Shown here piece after piece: positions 51,960 through 64,000 of a DNA stretch of 64,000 nucleotides. The first letter of the stretch is position 1; every line of letters starts with the position of its first letter. The stretch spans positions 86,182,001 through 86,246,000 of the forward strand of contig CM052816.1 in assembly GCA_028534125.1 (NCBI GenBank), read 5' to 3'. Both the position numbers and the translations under genes were made by a program. This stretch comes from Lama glama. Its lineage: Eukaryota. The notes under the pieces were generated by a model, which was given only the letters and a program-made list of their open reading frames with translations, had not been told where the DNA came from and searched no databases.

Positions 51960-53250
51960 CAGATGTAGAGAAAGGCCAGAGCAGCCTGCAGCTAGGTGTT
52001 TGAGGCCCAGAGTTAATTGGAAGAATGCCCACAGGTAAGCAAGTGCCTGGAATAGGATCTAGAACTTCAAGCAGAGTGAGGAAGGCAGATCAGTGAAGTG
52101 AATCAGAAACTGACATAAGAAAGGGAGACACCAGTGTAGGAATCTGTACGATATTTTGGAATGAGAAGCCCAGTAGCCCAATTTGGGCCAAGACAATATG
52201 TTACACAGGTCCTGAGTATAAAACTTAAGAGAATCAAATAGCTTTTTCCTTAAGGCAATGTGTAGCCCATTCTGCCATGCCTGTTTCACTAATGCAAAAA
52301 TTATTAGCAATTTCACACGTATCATCATGCCTAGCCAACAAGTACCTTGAGAAATACACCATCTGTCACTGTTTGTTTCCATGACTTGAGACTGATTTGT
52401 ATTCTATCCAAAGAAGAGGTGGTGTCACTTATAACCTCTGCCAGAATTAGTGACAATTGTCTTATAATCTATCCTTGGAAACACTTTTCTGATTATTTGT
52501 AAACAGTGAGTCAGTAATCCCCTAGGTTGAGTATTGGAATAATCAAGAGTGAACTTTCTTTGGAGCTCATATATTCTGAGTCAGAATATTTCCAGACTAG
52601 GTGATTTATAAAATTTGTGTCTCTGTACAGAAAGGTCTCAAAGTACTATCCCAAAATGTATGAGGAATTATGCTGGGGTGAATAGGACTATGCAGCCTGG
52701 CTGCAAAGGAAGTAGTATCTGGTAGGGACACGTGGAGATCCAGAAAAAAAGAGTTGTTTAATACACAAGGTGGACCCAAGATCTTAGATTAGCAGGGTTA
52801 CATATTTGAATCTCTATTAGTTCCTTCCAGATAGAAGGTAATTCATTCATCATCCTATGAAAGGTGTTGAATTTAAATTTAAAAGTACTTAGATATTGAT
52901 CAGTAGATTGTAATGATTTGTTCTTTTTGTGGGAGAGGGGTGTACTAGAGATGTCAAAGGATAATTTGTTTGAGGTCATTTGTCCATGGAGGTGCAAGTA
53001 AAAGCACCCCATTAACTGTAATTCCCTATGGTCTTGTTTGATGGGAATGGAACTGCAGAGGTTTTTATTGTGGAGATAAGGCTATGGACAGTGTACAAAG
53101 CAGTGAGTAAGATGAAGGCAGTGACTATTCTTTGGGAAATCTAACAATGGCATTAGAAGGAGCATTTTCTGACATAATGATTATAATAAAGAGGGAAGAA
53201 AAGAGAAAAAGGGGCATTATTAGTGGACAATTATCAAGAGCTATAGAAGA
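51960..53250 (-). pseudogene. env: Class I ERV envelope remnant
   Basis: Frameshifted minus-strand translations: NAIVR..LTHCFVHCP (CxxC-like region), VPTRYYFLCSQAA, GITDSLF, IIRQLSLILAEVISDTTSSLDRIQISLKS (TM heptad repeat), CEIANNFCISETG..LKEKAI, DLCNILSWPKLGYW. Confidence 0.8.
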
Positions 53251-53409
53251 TGAGTAAAAAAGATTTTATAAGCAAGCAGATGAAAAATAAAAACAAGAAT
53301 TACATAGGAATCTGGGTCCTATGTCTTTGGTAGAAGCTGTCCATTATCCAAGGTTATTCTGAAAGTCTTGGGTCAGTTATCTACTTCTAAAAATTGGCTG
53401 CTTTTAGTG

Positions 53410-55180
53410 GATCCCCGAGAATCTTCAGTTTGAGATCACCTACTGTGTTGGCCTATTTATTGCAGGGAATTCTGAATTGCTTCATTAATTGTGAAATACA
53501 GACCCAAGGGTCAGCTTCTTGGAGGCTCACTGCTGTACCTGCTAACAGTACCTGATTAGGTACTTTACTGACGAGTTGCCATCAGTTTTTCCTGCATGTT
53601 TCTTCAAATAGACAAAATCTCCTTGTTGAAGACCATGATGAAGCTACTTAAGAATATGTGGGAAGGCAACATGTTGGTGACATGACTGGGGATATTATAT
53701 AAGTCATTTGCAATTTTTTGTCATGTCAGCATTCAGCCAGGGAGAGTCTAGTATTGAAAGTGTCTTACAGTTTTTAATTCATAGGAGGATATGTGATGTG
53801 TCCCTGAGAGAGTGGACTGGGCCACGTTTGGGTCCCTTGATGAGAGAATCCCTTACTAAGAACTTAGTCATTTCATAAAAAAGTGCCCCAGTCTCAGAAC
53901 AATTTGATGCCCATTGTTTGAAATATTCAGTTATACTTAGAAATTCTCTCAATTGTCATTTTGTGAGGGGTCTCTAATAAGTTTGAATATTATTTGGCCT
54001 ATTGAGAGAGATTAGTTTTCCTTCCTTTAGATAGATAATTTTTTAAATAATAAACTGTTTTGGCAAAATTGTGATTTATGTAACTTTCTTCCAAGATTCA
54101 GAGCAAATAAATGAATTCTTATTTTTACAGATTGCCTTGTTTCTAAACAAAGTAGGAGATATGCATGTACACCCACACATACACATTTATTTATAAAATC
54201 AATCTTATCAGAACTCAATCAAAAGAATAATTTAAATCTTTTAAATATTGATTGAGGATCCTGGAAAAATACAAGAGGGCTTCTATGAAACCTTGCAGTA
54301 TTATTGTTCAGGTATATTTCTATCTTCCCCAGGTAAAGGGAAAAGATATTGACTATCCTAATTTAGAGTCACATTGAAGAAAAACAGACCAAAGATCCAG
54401 TATAGTGAATTCCCAGGAAGAATTGATGACAGGATGGATTTGGGTTAGGTTCTACTAGGAAGTGATGGATAACGATTTTGTTGGTGACTCAGAGGTCATG
54501 AACAAATTCATTTATATCTTTGTGCATTTGATTTCTTTAGTGGTAGGATGAGAGGGGTTACAGAGTTTGTGCAGAGTGTTAGAAGATCTTTAGATACGAA
54601 GTCTCTAAAGTTCTTCCTTTGCTCCTGGCTTTAATGGCCATTGGGAAATTTTGTGTGATGGTTTGGTAGAATCTGTTTGAACATTAAAGTGTTCTGCTCC
54701 AGTAATTTCTTCCTACGTCACTGGGATTTTTAGCCTTTAGAGTTTCAGGGATGGTGTCAAATCTATATCCAGGGTTTGCATCAAATATAATGAAGAAGGC
54801 TAAGATATACCCAGAGCAGACACAACTTAATCATGAATAGAGGTGTCTTTTGGAATCTTGAAAACTAGTTCCTCTTGATGTGCATTTTATATTGCAACTC
54901 CATTTACAAAGTCTTTCCTCATTTAGGTTTGCAGGCGTAGAATCACAGAAGAGAAGGATTTTTTTTAAGTTAATACCGAGGGGTTACAGTTAAGGACTTG
55001 GATAAAATTTGTGGGTTATTTGAAATACCTCCCACCTTTATGGCAGGTGTACTCTTAGCAATAAGTTGATTAAAGGTGATAGGTTTTAATGTAGAAAGAC
55101 TGGTGCCCATATCCTTTAGGAATTAATGAGACTGACTTTCTATATTTAGTTAACTCACCTTGAGTGTTTAAAGATAAAGT
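53410..55180 (-). pseudogene. pol: Class I ERV pro-pol remnant (protease, RT, integrase C-terminus; RNase H and IN core missing)
   Basis: FLKDMGTSLSTLKP (protease DTG site); FVHDL*VTNKIV; FTILDLWSVFF..DSQYLFPFTW..LQGFIEALLYFSRILNQYLKDL (RT); QLREFLSITEYFKQW (RT thumb); VPNQVLLAGTAVSLQEADPWVCISQL and GDLKLKI (IN C-terminal GPY/F region). Confidence 0.88.
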
Positions 55181-55249
55181 TCGATATTGATGCTTTTCCT
55201 TCCTTGGGGTACTTTCATTGATCTGAAGTGAGGTCTTGATTTTCCTTTT

Positions 55250-55520
55250 GTAAGACAAGACAAAGTTTTTCCCAGTGTTTCTTGCAGTATCTGCAAGTGT
55301 CCTTGCCAGTAGGTGGATGGGAAGTGGACCACCTGTATGTCTGATCTTTAGAGCCTTAGTTTTCTTTGGCTTGGGGTCCGATCTTTTTTTTTTTTCCCCT
55401 AAATGCCTTTCAAAATGTTCAGCCTGGTGTTGTATTTCAGAATTTCAGATAATAGAACTATTTCATTTTCTAACTTCTGTTTTCAGTTTTTGCTCTGAAG
55501 GCCTTCGAGGAATTGGATGA
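55250..55520 (-). pseudogene. gag: ERV gag C-terminal remnant with a degenerate CCHC zinc knuckle
   Basis: Minus strand AEHFERHLGEKKK ... DTCRYCKKHWEKLC, immediately upstream of the protease. Confidence 0.7.
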
Positions 55521-55599
55521 GAATGATAGGAGAAAGTAAAAAAGACACAGAAGCTAACTTAAATGTATTCCCACTATCAACCAAACCAAAGCAGCAAAA

Positions 55600-57060
55600 G
55601 AACTAATGATAGTTATCAGTTATAATCTATTGATTAATAGGTATTCATGAGGCTGTACTAATATAAATGAATGATTAAAGTGAAAGTTGGATATTTATAT
55701 AGTGTAGAAGCCTTACTGACACCTCTTTGATCAGGTAGTCAAAGTGCCCATCACCAAATATGGGTTGATGTGCCACCTGATAGAATACACACACACACAC
55801 ACACACACAAACTCATCATCGCTTCTGCTGAATTTAATCATAAGAACATCAGAAAAATCCAAATTGAAGGACATTCTAGGAAATATCTGGCCATTAACCC
55901 TTGAAAATGTCAAGGTCCTAAAATCAAAGAAAGATGGAAGAATTGTTATTTCAGGTAGAGACTACAACAAACAAAAAAAAGCAACACATTAGTCTCAACT
56001 GGATCTTTTTCTGTAATCCCAGTTAGCAAAGATTGATATTAATTTCCTGATTTCAATGTTTGTATTGTGGTTCTATAGGAGAATATCTTTGTTATGAAAA
56101 TGCTATACTGGAGTTTTGGGTGGTAATAGGGCATCATGTTGATAATTTATTCTCTAATAGTTGAGGAAAGATGTTCTTTATACTAAAACATTTCTCTATA
56201 TTTAAGCATGATTCAAAATTAAAATAAAATGAAATGAAATTCTAATCATGAGAAATGAGATTCAGAGAAATTGAGGGGTATCCTACAAAGCAATGGGTCC
56301 CTTCACATCACAAATATTGTCATGAAGAACATGCCAACCAAATAAAATGCATGATTTTAAATTTTAAAATGAGGTGCTATAAAGGACAATATTACAATAC
56401 TGAGCATAACTTTAATCTGAATGGTTTTAAACAATGTTAAATATCCTGAAATTGATCATTGTTCTGCAGCTATGTCTCAAAATGTCCTTATTGTTAAGGA
56501 AAGCATGCACAAGAATTCAAGAAGCCGTTGCATGATCTCTGCAACTTCCCTGCCAATTTTTCAGAAAAAATAATAAAGTAAACAGGCAAAGTATAAGTAA
56601 AATATAGGAAAGATGTAAAGAACTTAGGTAAAGAAATTATAAAAGCTATTTAAAATATTTTTGCAGATTTTATGGAGGCCTGATGTTCTTCAAATTAAAA
56701 AGATAATTAAAAATAATAAGTCTGTAGAAAATAGAAATGGAATGCAATTTCCTATTCACAACAGCAATCTCAGAACAAATTTAATAATAACTTTCAGGAT
56801 CCATATGAAGATAGCTAGAAAGACTTTACTAGGAGAGGTAATAATCTGAAAGAAGTAGAGAAATTATTAAACCACAATAGTAATCACAAAAAAAATATGA
56901 AAATAAAAACCAAATTGCCTTTTTGTCCACCAATTTGGATATTAAATCACAAAATAATGTTTACGTATTTGTAATGTAAAGTCTACATATTTGTAGTGTA
57001 AGTGTATGGAGAAACAGACTCTGTTACACTACTGAAGGGATTTTATAAATTGATTTAGGC
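55600..57060 (+). mobile_element. Several old L1 3'-end fragments (L1MC/ME-type), with (CA)n at ~55786-55808
   Basis: ccaaattgaaggacattctaggaaatatctggcc; tgttaaatatcctgaaattgatcattgttctgcagctatg. Confidence 0.7.
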
Positions 57061-57099
57061 ATTCTTCCAAGTAATCCTATAGTAAGATTAAATGCATAA

Positions 57100-57560
57100 T
57101 GTAACAATCATTTGGGTTTTTCAAACCTTTTGAAGTGATGTGAAGTCACTCTCCTGGTTTCTGATAAATCTAGTCCCCTGTTCTTCCCTCACTTTACCAA
57201 GGGAGGTTGAACCAAAGAGAAACCTTGATGGGAGGTTGCAGGCAGACAGAGTAGTGAGGGTGTTTCTACCCCTCAGTCTGGCTGAATTTATCTGTGGCTT
57301 CAGATTGCTGTTGTGCTGTTCAGGTGGTAGGTGGTGATTTCAACTGGTACCCAGAAGCCAGCCTCAAATCTTGGGTAGCAGTATCACTCTCTCCTTTTTT
57401 GTCCTTTAAACCCAAGTTGGGTAGCAGCTAATTTCTGAGTTGCTTCACTGTCCCATTTGTCTTTCAAACAGGTTGTTGATAGTGGATAAACTGAAACTCC
57501 TGGCTTGGATTTTGTTTTACTGATGGGGCCTTGATTGATAGAAGTGTAAATTCTACCTAT
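57100..57560 (+). mobile_element. Old ERVL-type LTR remnant (LTR33/41-like)
   Basis: gtgagggtgtttctacccctc...ttgtcctttaaacccaagttgggtagcagcta. Confidence 0.45.
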
Positions 57561-58129
57561 AGGACTGAATCCTAAAGACAAAACACACTAAACCTCTGGT
57601 TTCAAGATTGCTCATCACAGTCCTTGGAAACAGCAAAATATAGAAAACATTTAAATACCCAAAAACAATTGATTGGTTAAATTAAAAGTTTATTCATATT
57701 AGGCAGCACAATGTAGCGAAAATTCTGTTTTAAACTTCTTATGTTTTGGAAAGTTGTTCAGTGAAAAAGTGCAGTGAAAAAAATTTATTCAAATTTTATA
57801 ATTGTCTTAAATGAGCAAGTAGAATAAAGTTTTTATCATTTATTTTCTAGTTTCTGGACTGTAGGTTATCATGAATTTTTTTTCTTCCTCATGTCTTTCA
57901 AAAAATATTTAATTCTATGTTATTAACCAATAAGTATTATTAAAGGAAAATCTTCCAGGTGATGTTAATGAGAGCATACAAGTAGGTTTTTATACTTCCT
58001 CTGCGAATAGCTATCTTTGCATTCTCTTAAGGAGCTGGAATTATCCACCTTAATATTCATTAAGGTGGAGTCAACTTTGAAGATACGTCAACATTGGATA
58101 TGTTGTCTTTCATTCCTGATATATGAAAT

Positions 58130-59030
58130 TGATTCCAGTCTATCTTTATTAAATTCATACTTACAAATTTGTCTACTCACCAAAATATACTTGGAACCCA
58201 CAAATCAGTGTTCATGGGTCTTTTTCCATCATTTGAAAACACACAGATATCAGTGAAAACTTCAGAGTCCCTGCTGAAGTCAAACAAAGTGAGACTCTGC
58301 CTTCTTGGGTCAGCTCTCAGAGTAAACAAGTGTCCTTTTTGTGGTCTATTTTGGGCTACATTCACTTTTTTTTTTTCATTTTTGTACTTTTTAAGGCGAT
58401 TTTGTTGTTTAAGATGTTTCCCCAGGCATAGTGCTGGAGTGCTATCGAGTGTTTCTAAGCTCAAGAAGACTGTTATGTTTCTTACAAAGAAAATACAGGT
58501 TAGATAAGATTTGTTCAGCCGTGAGTTAAAGTGTTGTTGTCTATGATTTCAGTGTTAATAAGTCAACACTATATGGCCGACTCTTGAACAAAGTGGTGGT
58601 TGGGAACACCCACTGTCACTGCAGTGAAAAATCCATATATAAGTTTTAGTTGAGGCTTCAAATCCATGGTTCCATACTCAAGGAGTCAACCAACCACAGA
58701 TCATGTAGTATTTACAACAGTAAATAGTAGTATTTACTATTTTAACAGTAAGTGATTATAGTATTTCAATAGTAAGTTACTGTAGTATTGAAAAAAATAT
58801 GCATGTACATGGACCTACACAGTTCAAATCCATGTTGTTCAAGGACCAACTTTAAAAAAGGTAACTTTAAACAGAAACACACATAAAACAAGCTTATGTT
58901 TGACTGGTTGATGAAAATATTGTGACCAGATGCTCACAGGAACCAAGCCTGTATTTCCTCTAGGAGCAATGGTTTAGTATTCACTAATTCAGTGTTTGTA
59001 ACTTACAGAGTGTAACTGTTACAAGTAACT
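58130..59030 (+). mobile_element. MER82-like Tigger element, interrupted by a second Tigger
   Basis: ctctgccttcttgggtcagctctcagagtaaacaagtgtcc...tagtgctggagtgctatcgagtgtttctaagctcaagaag...aaacagaaacacacataaaacaag...ctaggagcaatggtttagtattcactaattcagtg. Confidence 0.85.
58573..58851. mobile_element. Tigger2a/MER8-like non-autonomous element nested in MER82
   Basis: Degenerate TIRs gactcttgaacaa...ttgttcaaggaccaact; inserted after TA; MER82 text resumes afterwards. Confidence 0.8.
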
Positions 59031-61949
59031 TTTGTAGCTAGTTTTCTGAATAGTTTCTATAAAATTTCTAAATGGTTTTATAGCCGACCCACAACTCTTT
59101 TTGCAAAATTTCAGTTTTTCTACAACAGTTTCTGAAACATATCCTTCAGAGTCCTAATGCTTTATGGTGGCCCCTCAGGAGGCACCTTCCTATGGAACAA
59201 GGGAGAGAGATCATAGCAGGCAATCTCTGCATCCTCCATCCCATTCATCAGGGCTTCATCTTTTATATCTGTTGAGGTTCATTCAGGATCTTATTTGTAC
59301 AATTTCTGCTGATAAAATAGAAAAGAAAACTCACGAGTCTAAAGACATTTTACAATCAATGGTGGTGATATTAATACTGTTGATACTCAACTTATTAATA
59401 TTATTGTTATTTTTAAAATATAGAGAACTCAAAAAATGGAGGAGTATTTAGGTCTAACCATGAAATCCTAGATGCTAATTATAAACATATATTAGAAAAG
59501 GCAAGCCTTTTTGCTGCATTGAATTTTTTAAGTAAATTGACTAATTTCTTCAGAATTAGCATACATTAATTCAATATTTTAAGAAAATAATTAGGTCTTG
59601 TACAAGAACAGTAGCAGAGGTCATGAAAAGTGGTTATCATGATTTTTATCCAGAAAGGAGGTGCCCGGCAACTGTTGGACTAAAGAGAAGTAAAGGTCAT
59701 GCAGAGATGGCCTCAAGCCAGAACAATTGATGTGGGGGTAGGAGGAGGGTGTGTAGGGTGAAGAGGACAGGACTGGCACTAAGAGGCATAGATAAAAAGA
59801 AGGAACATGTCTATCTGGGTGGGAAAGGTTGTTTTTTTTTTTTAACATGTGCAATTAGTTGTTCAAATGTAAAAACTCACAGGGCTGTCCAGAAGGCAAT
59901 TGGAAACAGAATAATTGAAGGTAGAGAGGGAAGGCAATGATCAACATATTTTTTGTAGATTTCCAGTTTAGAGAAACTAATAATCTAGGCTGAGCAGTGT
60001 CAGTTGAGCTTTATAATTGGGATAAAAATTCCTCAGCAGAATTGTTTTCATTCTGAAAATGTAAAGGAAGTGTGACTGATGAGTAAATGTCCGCAAAAGT
60101 ATCCTGTATATTCAAAAGTATATTTAAACTTCCCCTTGAGTGAGAAAAAGAAGTGATGAAGTCTCAGTGTGAGGTCTCTTATGCCTGATTCCTGACGGCT
60201 CTGCTAAATGTTGTGCAGGATAAACATACATCACAGATTCTTTTCTTTCAGTAAAAGAAAAAAAAATCTGATGATACCACAAATAGTAGACGATTACTGG
60301 GAAGACTTTAATAATAAGTCAAAATTTTATTCAAAAATAAATCTCTGTATGGGTTACTTTGTTCTCTCTCTCTCTCTTACTCTCTCGGTCTAATTGCTAT
60401 AATTAGCAAACTAATAACTAAGCAAAATGTATAGCAAAAATCATGATTTTATTAAACTTTGATATGTGCATGTATATATGTATATATATTAGATTAAAGT
60501 CTAGTTGTAAGACATAGAAATAAATGATGTAGACTCTGATCTCAAAAATCTATGTCTAGTGAGAAGGCAGACAATAAACCAAGTACTACAGCACAGCGTC
60601 CAGTGCTATGGGGACACTTTCTTAGAGTATAAGATAGGAAAGAGATGGCTCGTCTAACTGTCAAACATGAGAGATTTGGGGGTAGTGAACAATTATCACC
60701 ACAAATATGAAAGCCATTTGTAATTTTTTGGGAGTTAATTAAACTTTACACACATGAATATTGTGCACCCTAGATCCCATAAAATTAAAATGATGTACAT
60801 ATATAAAATTATTTATATATTATATGTACATATATGGAATGTTTATGTGCAAAGTATTATATTTATGCATATATTATGCATATACAAATTTAAGTGTACA
60901 CAGAAACCCATACACATGTACCACACTCCCATGCTTTAGTCAAAGCTTTGATCCACAGATCACGTTGGCATAAAGAATTCAAGTTACTTGACCAACGTGT
61001 CATATTTGTTGCAAATTACCGCTGACATATCTTTCTCCAGTGGCAGTAATCTTTCTCCAATGGAAAGCTGCCTGATCAGGTGCATAATTCCCTGACTCCT
61101 AAAGGAAAAGACAAGGAAGCAGTGAGATGGAGGATATAATGTTTGGATTAGTCTTAAATCATGAGATTGAAGATCCACAGGACACAGCTACTGAGTTAAA
61201 TGTAATATCAAGAATGAGAACATGTGGGAAAGGATTTACATTCTAATTATTGGCCACATTCTTCATCTCAGATTAAATTCTGTAAAGAGCTGCCCAGCAT
61301 TCTGCTAACTCTGCCTGACACGGAGAGGCCTGGACTCCAACGCATTATTCTAGTTATTCAGGGCTCCATAAAGCAGCCGTGTGAGAATTGCCACAAATAA
61401 ATGCTCCTGGAATCCCCATGATAAAGAGGCAGTTATTCTGCTGAGCTGATGATGGCTTTATAGAGGAGCGAGTTTGAATTAGAATGTATAAACTGATAGA
61501 TGCCGAAAAGCAGGTTTAGGGAGAAAAAGCAAGAAAGGTGACTTGGGTCTGATATTGCAATTCAAAATACCCTATTTTCTTCTGTTTGAATCCAATTTCC
61601 AAATTATCATTTTCAGCGTTAGCAGCCACATAAGTAAAATAAAGAAACACTAGGAAATGAAGGCTTGCTGATCTTTCCCCCTAAAATACCATCTTTGAGA
61701 AACTACTTTCGAGAGACGGTGGCATTTCAAGTTTAGGTCTTACTTGGCAGTACCGCTCTCTTCTGTACATTGTTCCAGGGAAGTGTGGAGTTTAAGGAAA
61801 TGGAATTTTTATACCTTTTTTATCCCCAAGCCTACTGATGCACTGATATTTTGGTACTCCCAGTAAGATCGCAGGGCTTTTCTACAGTGCATTTTATTTT
61901 TAGAAAACTCCAGTAGCTTTATCTGCTTCTGTCATCTTTCACACAGGTG

Positions 61950-61991
61950 AGAGACAGACAGACAGACAGACAGACACACACACACGCACAC
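61950..61991. repeat. (GACA)n/(CA)n compound microsatellite
   Basis: gagacagacagacagacagacagacacacacacacgcacac. Confidence 0.9.
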
Positions 61992-63619
61992 GGAAGAAAG
62001 TAGAGAAAAATCTCTCTTATTTAGAAGTGCTTTTAAGGAGTTACAGAGTTTCCTTTCTTATACCAGGTAAAATGAGGTTTAAAATCCTGTCCAAAGCTTC
62101 AGTAAGGCACAAACTCTGACAAATAAGCTTTGTCATTGATATATTTAGAATGTATCATGAACAACTTTGCTATTTTTTTAAAATAATGATTTCTCAAAGG
62201 AACTTACTAGCAATAACAATAATTAATACTTACAGAATTTCAGCTCTCAGGATCTTATTTGATTATTGTTTTGTTTCATACTGCCTTTTACTGATACAGT
62301 TTCATGGATGTAGTGAGGGAATTCAGTTCAGAGTTAGGGAATATCAATGAACTGTGTGTGAGATTTAAGCCCACTCACTTTAATTCCAAACTATTTTATT
62401 AGCTACCGCCCCCCACAAACATGTGATTAGAACAAAGACTCACGTAACAGAACTTGAAACTAGCTCAAATTCATACTTCAAAGCACCCTCCGATTTCCCC
62501 AAAGACAGGAAATTGGAAAGGAAAGAGAGGGAAGATGTAGCAACTCAGAAAGTGGGAGTGGGAGCTACTTTTCCCACAGTTTCCAGGATAACAAGGACTC
62601 CGATTACAGACACACAGAAAGTGCTCTAATGCGATTTGTTAGATCAATATAAAAATGAATTAATAAATGTTACGCACAAAAAGAATTTAAATAGAACAAG
62701 ACTCAACCCCATCAAAACTATAAGCTCAAACCTTTGAACAATAATCTCCAAGTATTGAGGCAACTCTTTCTTTAATGAAGCACTTGTCAGTCTCTCTCCG
62801 ATAGATACCTTCTTTCTGAGTACGGAAAGCTGATGTCTGGCACCAACTGTAGTACTATTTATCAATTATTTATATGTTCTCATTTTTTGAGAACTCCCAA
62901 AACAGCAAACAAATAAATCACAGGAGTTCCTGTAGCTTTCATGGAGTTCCCATCAGCCTTTTACTTTTAGGCAGCATTCCACTTATGAGGTTTGCCAGAC
63001 CTCAACCATGAAATGCATTTTACTCAATGTACATTTAAATATCACACTGAGGCTTAGGATATTCTCTTGACAAATGAGATAGAAGTAGTGAATTAAGCAA
63101 ATGTGCTGTATTTAACACCACTTAAAAATAATATACCTTGTAGCAATTTTGTTTTTTATGACCTAGACCCGTGAAACTTAGCCACAGAGTTTCTGGACAT
63201 TTCTTTATGTTGGTTATAAGGTTTTATTTCCACTAAAAATACTTCTTATGTGAAATGTTCCTTAGAGTATGCCTAATACAAGAATAACCCCCAACACAAA
63301 GCCTTGTATGTTTCAGACACAGTACATTGTTGAAAGATGAATTTGATTTTAGATAATTAAGCATAAAAAATAGAAAATAAGCAAAAAAAGTTTAAAAGAA
63401 TATTGAGGAGCTCAAAATATCTTTGGAATAACTGCCAGAAAATGTTTAAGTATACAGAAAGAACGTGGAGAAACACAGGCAGATCTGCTTGAAGAAATCA
63501 CCCTCACTACCGTGGTCACCCCGGGTCCCTAGGGTGTACTGCTACCACGATTTTGACTTGCTTTGCAATCTGTGATGCTGTCCGCATCCCCACCACTACT
63601 GCCGTGTCAGGAACCTGAT

Positions 63620-63820
63620 TATGCAAGGAATGATTTCTTCATAATCCACAAGCTACTACAGTTACTTTTGTTGATTGACAAAGGTGATTTATATGGAGGT
63701 GCCTTCCCCAAGCTGCTCATGTTTGAACTGAATCTTTACCTGGGTAAATCTGATTGGTGAAGCCTAGATCATGTGTCTGTGACCAGGATGCAAAGGAGGC
63801 AGTGGAAGAATATTTTGGTG
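63620..63820 (-). mobile_element. Ancient MaLR-like LTR fragment
   Basis: tctgattggtgaagcctagatcatgtgtctgtgaccaggatgcaaaggaggc resembles late MLT1 subfamilies. Confidence 0.45.
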
Positions 63821-64000
63821 GACTGCTTCAAGGAGAAAGTATTCATATGCTTGAATAATTCTCAAGCATAATAAAAGTATCCCAAGTACACTTTAAAAAT
63901 AGAAATTGTAAAGGAAATCTGCCACATTTGCCAAAGCCAATTAGTTTTAAGGTTTTATTATAGTCATAATACACAGAATTTTCCTGTGTCAAGTCAGTAT

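Noticed and set aside
51541..55520. Non-retroviral endogenous viral element (borna/filo-like) next to the L1
   Set aside because: Translations give retroviral gag, protease, RT, IN and env motifs in proviral order.
59164..59451. 95-aa ORF with a hydrophobic, TM-like C-terminus
   Set aside because: The Ile/Leu run derives from AT-rich sequence; no homology, promoter or splice context recognised.

Overview
AT-rich, CpG-poor placental mammal genomic DNA (intergenic or deep intronic). I find no credible protein-coding host gene: the listed ORFs are repeat-derived or chance. The window is mostly a mosaic of transposable elements: L1s of several ages, L2 and MIR, ERV1, ERVL and MaLR solo LTRs (some with clean TSDs), and hAT and Tigger DNA transposons. 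It also holds a decayed class I ERV internal region (gag-pro-RT-IN-env, minus strand, ~51.5-55.5 kb). The L1 3' ends look artiodactyl-type, and no Alu, ruminant, pig, carnivore or horse SINE was recognised, which suggests a camelid (inference). Notable structures read directly from the sequence: (1) a tailless 5'-half tRNA-Ile(AAT) retrocopy with a perfect 15-bp TSD inside an L1; (2) an apparent L1 3' transduction with its own AATAAA, poly(A) and TSD; (3) a TSD-bounded L1 with 5'UTR and ORF1 that lacks EN and RT up to the catalytic motif; (4) the internally deleted ERV. Repeat family names are from memory of consensus sequences, not a database search. I do not see evidence for a new biological system.
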